Below are positions 51,401-64,000 of a stretch of 64,000 bases of DNA, one piece after another. Every line of letters begins with the position of its first letter. The first letter of the stretch is position 1. The notes below the pieces were generated by a model. That model ran no database searches and was not told the DNA's origin. It was given only the letters and a program-made list of their open reading frames with translations. The stretch lies in the NCBI RefSeq assembly GCF_963506605.1, contig NC_083277.1, positions 19,716,001 to 19,780,000 of the forward strand, read 5' to 3'. The stretch comes from Zootoca vivipara (taxonomy: Eukaryota). Made by a program: the position numbers and the translations under genes.

Positions 51401-52135
51401 ATATATATGGATATATAGAAAAGCAGTAGTGAAAAGCCAAAGCATTTTTTTCATTAGTAATTCGTGTTTTATAGATATATAAAGGAGAGAAGTCTACACT
51501 GCTTTACCCCCCCCCCAGAAGAGTGCATTATCCTGAGTGCCAGAGGCAATCATTGGCAAGCGATTCAATGGGTGGGTACTGCCTCTTCTGGAAAGATAAA
51601 TGCTGAACACAGTGGCTTAGTGCTGCAAAGAACATAAACCATGCAGCATGAGGAACGCATGCATCCCATCAGAGTTAATGGGAGTGCAGCACGCCCGCCG
51701 ATTTCAGTAGGAGTTGGGTGTGCCTAAGCTTTTTCCAGCCTGGACCTCAAGCCAGCCATTGACTCGCGTTGCCATGGCACAGCCATGCGTACGCAATTGG
51801 CCTGCTGGTTCACAGCCTGCGGAGGTTGCATTTATCGGGGCAAACATAAACTCTAGAACCGAGGTTTCCCTCGGTGCTACCTTCATTGCTGCACAGCACA
51901 AAGAGTTCAAAAAAATTGCTTCTGTTAGACCGTATGAGGTGTAAAGGAAGCCTCTCCCTTTCACGGCCTTCAGCAGCAGCTCTGTGAGCATCCGGCCAGT
52001 AAGGGGCGAGATGCTTCTTCCTCTCCGCAGCAAGAACCTGGCAGAGACCTGCTTCTGGCTGTCAAAAGCCATGACTTCCACTGGACCGGGGCAGGCGGTA
52101 CCTGCTGAGTTGAGGCAAACGCTTCGGATGCCTTG

Positions 52136-52978
52136 TCACTGCTTGTTTTGGTCCTGCGGCAAGGCGAGGCCCAGAAGATCAAGGGTCCTCAGGAAAAAAG
52201 GTGGCGGAGGAGCCGTGAGCACAGTGCGGGACGAAGGGGAGCCGGCGGCTGGGAGGAGGAGCTGGTGCAGGTGCAGGTGGAGAGGCAATCGGTGTGCCAG
52301 TTGCTGCTGCAGGCGCAGCTTCTTCAGCAGAGCATCTTCTAGGACCTGTCAAGAGGGTGGGAGCATCATCATTACAACTTTCTACAGGAAAGAGCACAGC
52401 AGTCCTTATTTTACTGGGGCAGGCTTCCTCAAACTCGGCCCTCCGGATGTTTTTTGGCCTACAACTCCCATCATCCCTAGCTAGCAGGACCAGCGGTCAG
52501 GGATGATGGGAATTGTAGTCTCAAAACATCTGGAGGGCCGAGGTTGAGGAACCCAGCTCTAGCCCAAGAGAGGGCGCCAAGTCTCATGTTTTTCCTTGCC
52601 AAGCTTGGAAGGTTCTCGTGTCCAAGCACAGTAGGAAGATCAACTGAGTTCCAAATCAGATGTGGTGCGGAAGATCTTACAGTCTGTTTCTCCCTTTGAT
52701 TTTTTTTTAAATAAAAAAATACCTTTACACCACCCCCATTCAGTTGCTTTGAAGATCATTTTATTCTGTGAACCGCCCTGAGATCTTATGAAGGGCAGTA
52801 TATAAATCAAATAAATAAATAAATGAGGGGTTAAACCCGTGTGGTACCCGCCTGCCCCCATTAAGTTAGTAGCAGCTTGGGGAGTGGTGGGGTCTGGGGG
52901 GAAAGCGTGGAAGCAAAGAGTTTATTTTGTTTTATTTAATAGATTTTTATACCGCTCTTCAAGGATCACAGGGTGGTT

Positions 52979-53025
<47 letters not shown>

Positions 53026-56000
53026 GGTAATAATAATGCATACCATTGTAATAAACTAAAAGGAGGCCCTATTCCAGGCATCAGAAGTTAGGAGGGAGCC
53101 AGCACAATGGAGCGGTTAGAGCAGGCACCCCCAAACTCAGCCCTCCAGATGTTTTGGGACTACAACTCCCATCATCCCTAGCTAACAGGACCAGTGGTCA
53201 GAGATGGTGGGAATTGTAGTCCCAAAACATCTGGAGGGCAGAGTTTGGGGATGCCTGGGCTAGAGTGTTCGACTAGGATTGGGGAAATACAGATTCTTGT
53301 CCATTGGGCCCCATTTTACAAGGAAAGGCTCCTGGAGCACAAAGAGAAGTTGGAAGGCTGTAGCCAGGAATGTCAGCTACTTGTATGGCCATAAAGCAGA
53401 GATGGGGAGCCTGTGGCCCTCCACATGTTGTTGGACTCCCATCAGCCCCAGTCAGCACAGTCAATGGTCAGGGATGTTGGGAGCTGTACATCTGCAGGGC
53501 ACCAGGTTCTCCGATGGATGTAAAACATGATTGCTGCTGTTATCTCCCAAGTGATATAGCCTTGGGTTGTGGAGACACAGATCTGACTGTGCGAAGGCAC
53601 TGCTCAGTCAGGTCCCTTCCTTCTATCCTGCTACATCACTCTGTAGATCCCCGACACCAAGATAGGAGGCAGCATCAGGGGCAGTTTGGTACCTGTGTGC
53701 GAGGCAGGGTACTCTCAGCTGGCAAGAGGAAGGGCTCCCCCAGGACAGTCCCCACACGGGAGGAATACACGTGGTCCCCTAGCGCAGGGCTCAGCAGCAG
53801 TATCAGGCTGACCAGGAGTTGGTTAGCGAAGGCTGCCAAAAGGACAAAGGAGAGATCAAGAGGGGGCCCCAGTGTAGACTTTCCCAACAATGCTTTACAC
53901 TGTGACGCTCACAATCCAAGCTCTTTTTAAAACCCGAGTAAGACAAATGGACAGTGTCAAAAAACGAGAACTATGACAGCCTGATCTTGTACCTAAGGAA
54001 CCCAGATTCTGCAGTCCAAAATAAGGAAAGAGGAGGAAAAAGGAAAAAGGAAAGAGGTTTGCTCCATATTAATTTGCAAAACGAAACACTTTAAATGTGC
54101 AAAAATGGCAAAAAAAGGGCAGACAAGCATTTCTGGGGGGCAAGGCTGAGATTAAAAAAAAAATTCCTTCCAGTAGCACCTTAGAGACCAACTAAGTGTC
54201 ATAGGTATGAGCTTTCGTGTGCATGCACACTTCTTCAGATACACTGAAACAGTGACTTCTGTTTCAGTGTATCTAAAGAAGTGTGCATGCACACGAAAGC
54301 TCATACCTTTGACAAACTTAGTTGGTCTCTAAGGTGCTACTGGAAGGAATTTTTTTATTATTATTTTTTCCGACTATGTCAGACCACCACGGCTACCTAC
54401 CTGTAACTAAGGCTAAGATAGTAAGAGGAAAGGAAGAGAAAGAGGCTTAAAACAAGAGAAGGAAAAGGGAAGGCAGAGAGGGACAGGGAAATCAACTGGC
54501 CATGAACCCCCCCCAATCGCCTAATTATAAAAAGACCTAGCCCAGTTCCATTTGACTTCCGGCCCATCAAGTAAACAACTATGCAGTTATGTGCAGGATT
54601 CTCTACAGCCATGAGAGCTAGAAACTTGATCAACTGTAAAAAGAAGAAGAGGCTAAGGGTTTGCTATCTCAGGTTCCAAACTGTATGCTGGGCTACCTGG
54701 AGAGCCTTTTGATCAAAACGTTTATACATATTATAAATGGGAAAAAATAGTAATCTTGGGGGAGTAGCTGTAACTGAGGGAACTCGTGTGTCAGATTCTC
54801 CGCTTGCTTTCCGTATCACAGCGCCCCTTTCCAGTTATTCCTGCGACTGTCTTTGTGCCACGGATCCTCCCTCACGCACCTGTCAGTGGCTGTAGCTGCA
54901 GCAAGGCGCAGCCTTCGCGGGAGTCCAGCACCTTATAGAGTGTCCGTGTTTTTCTAACCTCCTTCCTCTGGATGCTTCCTCGAGAAGGGGAAGCCACTGG
55001 CACCACCTGCAACCCACACAGAAGCCCGGAGTCAGTGTGTTTCCTGAGGGCCAATGGTAACTCCAGCAGCTAAAGTAATCCCTGCGCCCAGTCCAGGCAA
55101 CTGGATCCCAGCGGAGGCGAGACCAAACTTCTCAGGCTCTGCAGGGACTCCACTGAACGAGCTGCCCGCAGCAGCAGCAACAGGCAAATATTCCCTAGAG
55201 CCGCAATGTCAAATCCTCTCCCCCCTCCCTGTTAAAAAACCTGTCCTCACCAGCCTATGTTCTTCGACCCGTATCAGTTTGAGACCTGTACGAATTTCCC
55301 CTTCCAAGGCTGCAGGGATCCTGGTAGTGACGGCACTGCAAAGAGAAGGTTCTCTGTCAGGCCACACGGACACCAAACTGGGCCTACGGCGCTTTGAAGG
55401 AAATGGGGAAGGCAGAATGGGAACCTCTTTGCTGGGGATCCCCACCCTACCATAAAAACGGGAAGCGATTAGGAAGTCTTCATCTCACCAGTAGGTAGCA
55501 GCCGGATCTCCTGCTCTTCTACATCGGGCATAGAAGTCCTGGAGGCGCTGGGTGGTGCTCGGGCAACCTGAGAGGAGAACAAGTCCAGAACTCTCCCTAG
55601 GGAGAGGCAAAATCCTGTATAAAGGATATCCTTTAATAAAGATAGTCTGTCAGCTCCATCTGGTACGCAGGCTGAGACCCTACCTGCCTGCGGACTGTCT
55701 TGCCAGAGTGGTGCATGCTCTGGTTATCTCCCACTTGGATTACTGCAATGTGCTCTATGTGGGGCTACCTTTGAAGGTGATCCGGAAACTACAATTAATC
55801 CAGAATGTGGCAGCTAGACTGGTGACTGGGAGCGGCCGCCAGGACCACATAACACCGGTTACGATCTACATTGGCTCCCAGTACATTTCCGAGCACAATT
55901 CAAAATGTTGGTGTTGACCTTTAAAGCCCTAAACGGCCTCGGTCGTGTATACCTGAAGGAGCGTCTCCACCCCACCCCCCCGGTCAGCCCGGACACTGTG

Positions 56001-59000
56001 ATCCAGCACCACTGAGATCTGGCGGTTCCCTCCTTGCAAGAAGTGAGGTTACAGGGAACCAGACAGAGGGCCTTCTCGGTAGCAGCACCTGCCCTGTGGA
56101 ATGCCCTTCCATCAGATGTCAAGGAAATAAGCAGCTATCTTATTTTTAAAATACATCTGAAGGCAGCCCTGTTTAGGGAAGCTTTTAATATTTAATGCTG
56201 TATTGTTTTAATATTTGATTGGGAGCCGCCCAGAGTGGCTGGGGAGACTCAGCCAGATGGGCGGGGTATAAATAATAAATTATTATTATTATTAAACCTC
56301 TGACACAGGCCATGACACTGTCCCATGGACAGAATAGTGCCTTACTTAAAACCACCCAAGGTGGCATCGATGGCCAAAGGTCACAACAACTACAAATTCC
56401 CGCCAGTATCTGAGGCTATTTTATACACCTCTGTCATGTCTCCCCACCCTGTTGTCCCTTTTTCTAAGCGAATAATCTCCAAGCGTTATAACCTCCCTTA
56501 TTTGGGAGGTTATTTGGGAGTTGCTCCAGCCTCACAATCTTTAGACTCACAAGAGCCAATCACAAACCTTTCCCCTAGCCCTTCGCAACCATTCTTATTT
56601 TATTTTTTGCATACAGAAGTTCTGAAGTGAGTTCAGAGCACATGATCATATCCGGAAAACTGGAGCTGTAGTACAGATCAGCTGTCTAAATTCTGTGCTA
56701 TGGGTTCTCTTGCAATACGGCAGTTTAATCAGATTTTACTGAATGCCCTCTTGCTGATTATGTCAGGGCATGGTCTGAAGATGCATGATGGGAAGCTGAA
56801 GCAAAGTAGTATCTAGATAGGAGCACATGTGTGCTGCCTTGAGTTCTATGGTGGAAGAAAGGTGGGGTTTAAATAAATAAGACCCATCCTGTACACAGCC
56901 TGTTGTCATTCTCTCCAAAACCTTGTCTCCGTTTACTTACTTTACTGCAGCTTTTATCACATCGAGATTCTGTGGGAAGCCAAGCTTCTGGCTTAGATCG
57001 GGTAGAAGAGACAGCAAAGTCAGCTCCCCCGGTTTGCCTGTTGTTGGCAGAGAAGGAGGGAAATATTATCGATGCCACACAGAAGCTAGCCATTACTCAC
57101 GGCTGCAAAGAAGAGGCTTGTTCTGGCAAAGGCTTGCCAGCCCTTCCCGCCCTGGTCCAGTTTTACTTTGGGAGCTCACTTATTTACTTATTATTTCACA
57201 AAATGTATATACAGTACCACTTGATTGTAGAAAAAAACCTCGAAGCAGTTTACAAAAAAATTTAAAAATTAAAATTATCACCAAAAATAAATCACAACGG
57301 TAATTTAAAATATAAAGAAAGTTAAAACCATAATAGAATAAACTAAAGCAAATTAAAACTCATACAAACTTTCTGAACATCTGGATAGGCTTGTCTAAAT
57401 AAGAACGCCTTCAGCAGCATAGAGTGAAGGTGTCTGACTGGTATCAACAGGCAGGGAGTTCCCAAGTGTTGGTGCCCCCACACTGAAGATCAAGTTCTTA
57501 CAGACGCAGTGTGAATATTATGTGGCATCTGTAAAAGTTCCAATTCTGCCAATCAAAGCAGTTGAGCGGGCACATATGGGGTAAGGCAATCTCACAGGTA
57601 AACTAGTCAAGAGTTGTTAAGGGCTTTATATACTAATAGTAACACCTTGAACTCAGCCCAGAAGTGGATCAGCAACCAGTGCAGACCTCTGAGTACAGGT
57701 GTTATATGCTGATAAGGCCTCCCTCTTGTCAGTAATCGTGCTGCAGCATTCTGCACTAAATGCAGCTTCCGGGTCAAGCACAAGGGGAGCCCAGCCCGCA
57801 TACAACACATATTTATTCCGTGGAGTACAGGCATATATTTATGTATCTTTAAAGGCATTTCTATAATCCTGCATTTCCACTTTAAAATGCCTAAGGATCC
57901 AAACACATCAAAATGTAACGCCACATACCTGTCACAGGTAAGCCAGGGGGTTTGCTGATGGCAACCAGTGAACCTGAAATACAAAAGAACCAGTAGCCTC
58001 AGGGACAAGTGGTGAGTGTTGCAGTATTCAAACCAACTCCAAAGCATGTCAACAACCTCTGCCACAATGCAGAATCAAAAGGAGGCTGTGGGTGGAATTT
58101 TCCATGCTCGGGGAAAGGGGCTTTCTTGTATTAGCAGAAATCCCTGTTCCTCTCCACAGTCTCTATATTTCCATTCCCTTTCAAATGTATGCCCCCTTCT
58201 CCCCAGCATCTTTTTTTGATTGCAGCATTCTAAACAAAAGACACCAAATTCAGAGGGATTGGGACAGGGGTGTGGGGAGAGAGAATACATAAACACACAA
58301 AGGTGTGCTGTGCAATTATACTAGTTATGCAAACAAGCTACATTCTGCACACTTTCTGCATATGCAGAATGGGAATCCACCGCAAGTTTCACAATCCTCC
58401 GATAGAGCAGCCGAGGCTAATAGGCCAGTTATTACTCTCAACCTTTTTTCCATTCGCTTATACAAGGCCTGTACAATTAGGAAGAATGCAGCTCAATAAC
58501 CACGTATGGCAGATAAACGAAGGATGTATACATCTCCTATTTTTACTGCCTGCAGCTTGCTTGGGCTAAAAACCCAGCATAAGTTGTCAAGTGCAGTATC
58601 TGGAAAGCCATCATACATGGCTTGAGAGTTACAGTGGTGCCTCGCAAGATGAAATTAATTCGTTCTGCGAGTCGCTTCGTCTTGCGATAATTTTGTCTTG
58701 CGAAGCGTGGTTTGCCGCAGCAAAAAAACAAAACAAAAACCGCAAAAAAACGTCTTGCGAAGCACGGCCATAGAAAACTTCGTCATGCGAGTCACCAAAC
58801 ACATCACAAAACGCTTTCGTCTTGCGAGTTTTTCGTTGCGCGAGGCATTCGTCTTGCTGTACATTCAGCTTGGTGAGCACAAGTTGTGCAGGTCTGATTT
58901 ATAGCACTCTAGGGCGAGGCTATATGAAACTGTGTCTTCACTAACCCCACTAGAACACTAACTCTGTCCCAATTTGTCTACATCCTTCTTAAAATGCAGC

Positions 59001-61122
59001 ACCCCAAACCAGACACAGTATTCCAATTGAGGTCTGATTTGTGCAGAATGAACAGGAACAATTACTTCCAGCAAGTTAGAAATTATGGTTCTATTACTGC
59101 AGCCTCAAATCTTATTAGCCTTCCTTGCAGCTGCATCACACTACTGATTCATGCTCAGCTTGTGGTAAGGCTACAATCCCAAGATCCTGTTCACATATCG
59201 TTCTAGTGTTATGAGAAATAACAGACATACCATCTGCATGCACTACTGATGCTTCCAGCAGGTTCAACATTTCTTCGGGGCCAAGTGATCTTGTGGGTCT
59301 TAAGATGCTTACTTCACTGGAGTTGTCTGTGACTGGCTTTCGGGAACCTCTTTCCTTCTGCAGCAACTGATACCTACAAAAAAGGAAACCGTAAATAATC
59401 ATCAATATATAGCCAGCTGGCCTTAAGCTTCCTACTCTCCTCTCCCATTCTGACACTGGCACCTTCCACACACAGCTTGCCTGCCACTTTTAACTTCCTC
59501 TAAAAATACATAAATATTGATCTGGATTTATATCTTGCATCTATGAGAGAAGCTGCTAACAACAGATTTGGGTTATATAATGGATCTGTGCCCATCAAGG
59601 GGCTCAGAATGCAGAGTGATCAAGTACAGTGGTACCTCAGGTTACAGACGCTTCAGGTTACAGACTCCGCTAACCCATAAAGTTAAGAATTTTACTTCAG
59701 GATGAGAACAGAAATCGCGTGGCGGTGGGGCGGTGACTGTGGGAGGCCCCATTAGCTAAAATGGTACCTCAGGTTAAGAACAGTTTTAGGTTAAGAACGG
59801 ACCTCCAGAATGAATTAAGTTCTTAACCAGAGGTATCACTGTAAATGAGTGTACGTGGAGGGAGAAAAACAAAATTGGAATATGTATGTAGAGAATTGGT
59901 TATTCTGATTATGGGCAACAGCCAGCAGAAGGGACCCAAGGGAGCCAGTTTCGAAACAGATGTAATGGTGTTCTTCTACGCCTCCATCTCCAGATCTCTC
60001 ACAGGGTAGTTGTAACATTAGCCAATGTCAGAAAAGAGACACGCTAGCTCTCTAAATCTAACTGAAATCAGTAAGACATGTGAATGAGCACATTTAGGGC
60101 CAGCGGGGAGAGGGCTTTTACCTACCATACAACACCTTTCACAAACTCTTCACAAACTTGACCCCTATCCAACCAGATCTCAAAACTTTCCAATTCCCTC
60201 CCCCCCCACCATACTTCTCAAATATCTCCCTTCACTCACACCCAGTGCCATCCAATATTCTCTCCACCACCTCAACCGACAGCCTCTCCCCAAGTTCCCA
60301 ACTTGCCACTGTCAAACCACCCTCAGGGTTTTTGTTTGGTGGGGCGAAAGTAGCTGAATGTTGCATTAAAAACAAAACAACAACAACCTCATTACATACT
60401 TTAGATCTCCTGCCTCCTAATACCAGGTTGCACATACTGATTAAAGCAAAAGGCACTCTGCACGTGCTTGGAGTTTTTTTCTTTATCCATACTTTTCAGA
60501 ATTAGGCCTTGACACTAGAAATAGTTTCCTGGGGCTAAGCCCCAAAGGAGCCCTAGCTCAACCCTGTACACCTCTGACCATTTAACAGGATGCTGGTGCG
60601 TCAAGGAAGAGTCAAGAGTTTCCTTCCACTAACATAAATCTGTGTCTAGAACAGGCACCCCCAAACTTCGGCCCTCCAGATGTGTTGGACTACAATTCCC
60701 ATCTTCCCTGACCACTGGTCCTGTTAGCTAAGGATCATGGGAGTTGTAGGCCAAAACATCTGGAGGGGCGCAGTTTGGGGGATGCCTGATCTAGCAGAAA
60801 CGTCTGGGCCTCATCATCAGCTACTTTTTGTTTCTAGCTTTGGAAGTTCAACAGGTGATGCCTCTCTCCTATCACTTACATCCCCGTGTCGGGGAAGCGG
60901 GTCTAAACCACACCTGTTGAATTTCTGCCTGTCACAGATTGAGAGGTGGCTTGCCGAATAGAGTGGGATACACAGTGGGGGGGGGGACAACCCGACTCTC
61001 TGCCGAGTTTCCTCACGAGCCTCTTACCAGGCGCGGGAACTGAACGGCCTTCCGCACCCGCAGAGGAGGCACCAACGGCTCGAGCGGAACATCGCGACCC
61101 CGAGGAGAGCACAAGGCTCCAT
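52136..61122 (-). CDS. RPUSD3: Mitochondrial RluA-family pseudouridine synthase-like protein RPUSD3 (349 aa)
   Basis: Nine phase-consistent exons 61122-61028, 59373-59231, 57973-57929, 57037-56941, 55596-55489, 55335-55251, 55006-54880, 53832-53693, 52345-52136; 1050 nt total. Motifs SKPPGLPVTGKPGELTLLS, KESSGLVLLS, PALGDHVYSSRVG, LPLHLHLHQLLLP. Confidence 0.95.
52420..52556. mobile_element. Short palindromic hAT MITE
   Basis: Same family as 53122-53257. Confidence 0.8.
52979..53025. repeat. (TAA)n microsatellite
   Basis: Trinucleotide run. Confidence 0.95.
53122..53257. mobile_element. Short palindromic hAT MITE
   Basis: TIR CAGGCACCCCCAAACT / AGTTTGGGGATGCCTG; 8-bp TSD GGTTAGAG/GGCTAGAG. 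Confidence 0.88.
54154..54408. mobile_element. Penelope-like element terminal-repeat remnant in inverted (palindromic) configuration
   Basis: Arms 54157-54252 and 54259-54356 are near-perfect reverse complements. Sequence CCAGTAGCACCTTAGAGACCAACTAAG...GAGCTTTCGTGTGCATGCACACTTCTTCAGATAC and tail CACGGCTACCTACCTGTAAC resemble squamate PLE ends; contains a hammerhead motif. Confidence 0.75.
54205..54242 (-). ncRNA. Minimal type I hammerhead ribozyme motif (PLE-type)
   Basis: Minus strand reads GTAT-CTGAAGA-A-GTGTG CATG CACAC-GAA-AGCT-C-ATAC: stem I GTAT/ATAC, CUGANGA and GAAA cores, stem II hairpin, palindromic AGCT stem III, UC cleavage site. Confidence 0.72.
55645..56292 (+). mobile_element. 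L2 LINE 3' fragment
   Basis: VHALVISHLDYCNVLYVGLPLK..KLQLIQNVAARLVTG; frameshifted; (TAT)n tail. Confidence 0.88.
57180..57800 (-). mobile_element. Older L2 LINE fragment
   Basis: GLPLCLTRKLHLVQNAAARLLT...HITPVLRGLHWL...FKVLLLVYKALN on the minus strand. Confidence 0.75.
58632..58860. mobile_element. Tigger-like MITE
   Basis: TA-CAGTGGTGCCTCGCAAG start; repeated TCGTCTTGCGA units; related to the 26522 end. Confidence 0.7.
59627..59841. mobile_element. Tigger-like MITE
   Basis: TA-CAGTGGTACCTC ... GAGGTATCACTG-TA. Confidence 0.85.
60652..60788. mobile_element. Short palindromic hAT MITE in RPUSD3 intron 1
   Basis: TIR CAGGCACCCCCAAACT / AGTTTGGGGATGCCTG; degenerate TSD GTCTAGAA/ATCTAGCA. 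Confidence 0.85.
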
Positions 61123-63648
<2,526 letters not shown>

Positions 63649-64000
63649 ACATGCGGCCAGGAGTTCACCTGCATGCAGCGATGTCTGGGGGCTCAGGGGT
63701 GGGGGCTCAGGGGGGCCCCTGCTCAAGCAGAGGAAGATGGCGCTATTTGGGATTCTCGGCCCTCCCCACCATGCCAAGCTGATGGGAGATGGCAAGGGCT
63801 CCGTTTGAGCAGGGTGAAAGGTGAGCCTCTGTGGGTGCCTTCTGACCCTCTGCTGGCAACCACAGGGACTAGGAGCTGCAGACTTGGCCCAACCCTCCTT
63901 TTGGGAGGGATTTATGGGAGAGGTGACTGGCGCCTTTCAGAAAGACCTTAACTAGGTTGCTCAGATTGAGAGATGCAGGGGGCTCCTGCTGATTTGAATG

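Noticed and set aside
51704-52081. 125-aa minus-strand ORF downstream of RPUSD3
   Set aside because: Lies just after the RPUSD3 stop (52136), non-ATG start, no recognisable homology.
54157-54356. Hairpin as a conserved pre-miRNA
   Set aside because: Too long and too perfect; explained by inverted Penelope-like termini.

Overview
Vertebrate nuclear DNA from a squamate reptile, probably a lacertid lizard (inferred from Sauria SINEs, Squam3-like SINEs, BovB, CR1 and L2 content). The window holds the conserved block TADA3(-) / ARPC4(+) / TTLL3(+) / RPUSD3(-) / JAGN1(+). TADA3 runs off the left edge. ARPC4, RPUSD3 and JAGN1 coding sequences are complete with phase-consistent GT-AG exons. TTLL3 is complete except for uncertain 5' exons. 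There are two bidirectional CpG promoters and a TTLL3 promoter with an RFX X-box. Introns and intergenic DNA are dense with LINE/SINE fragments and hAT/Tc1-mariner MITEs, and there are two N gaps. Most notable: (1) a 200-nt Penelope-derived palindrome in RPUSD3 intron 7 carrying an intact minimal hammerhead ribozyme on the RPUSD3 sense strand and a G5A-mutated copy on the other strand; (2) two frame-compatible candidate exons about 4.5 kb past the TTLL3 stop that would give an alternative C-terminus; (3) no CIDEC between RPUSD3 and JAGN1, whose ATGs are head-to-head 310 bp apart; (4) frame compatibility for an ARPC4-TTLL3 read-through fusion; (5) a MITE family spreading the ZNF143/THAP11 motif. 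I found no evidence of a wholly new multi-gene system. Repeat family names are from recalled consensus features, not a database search.
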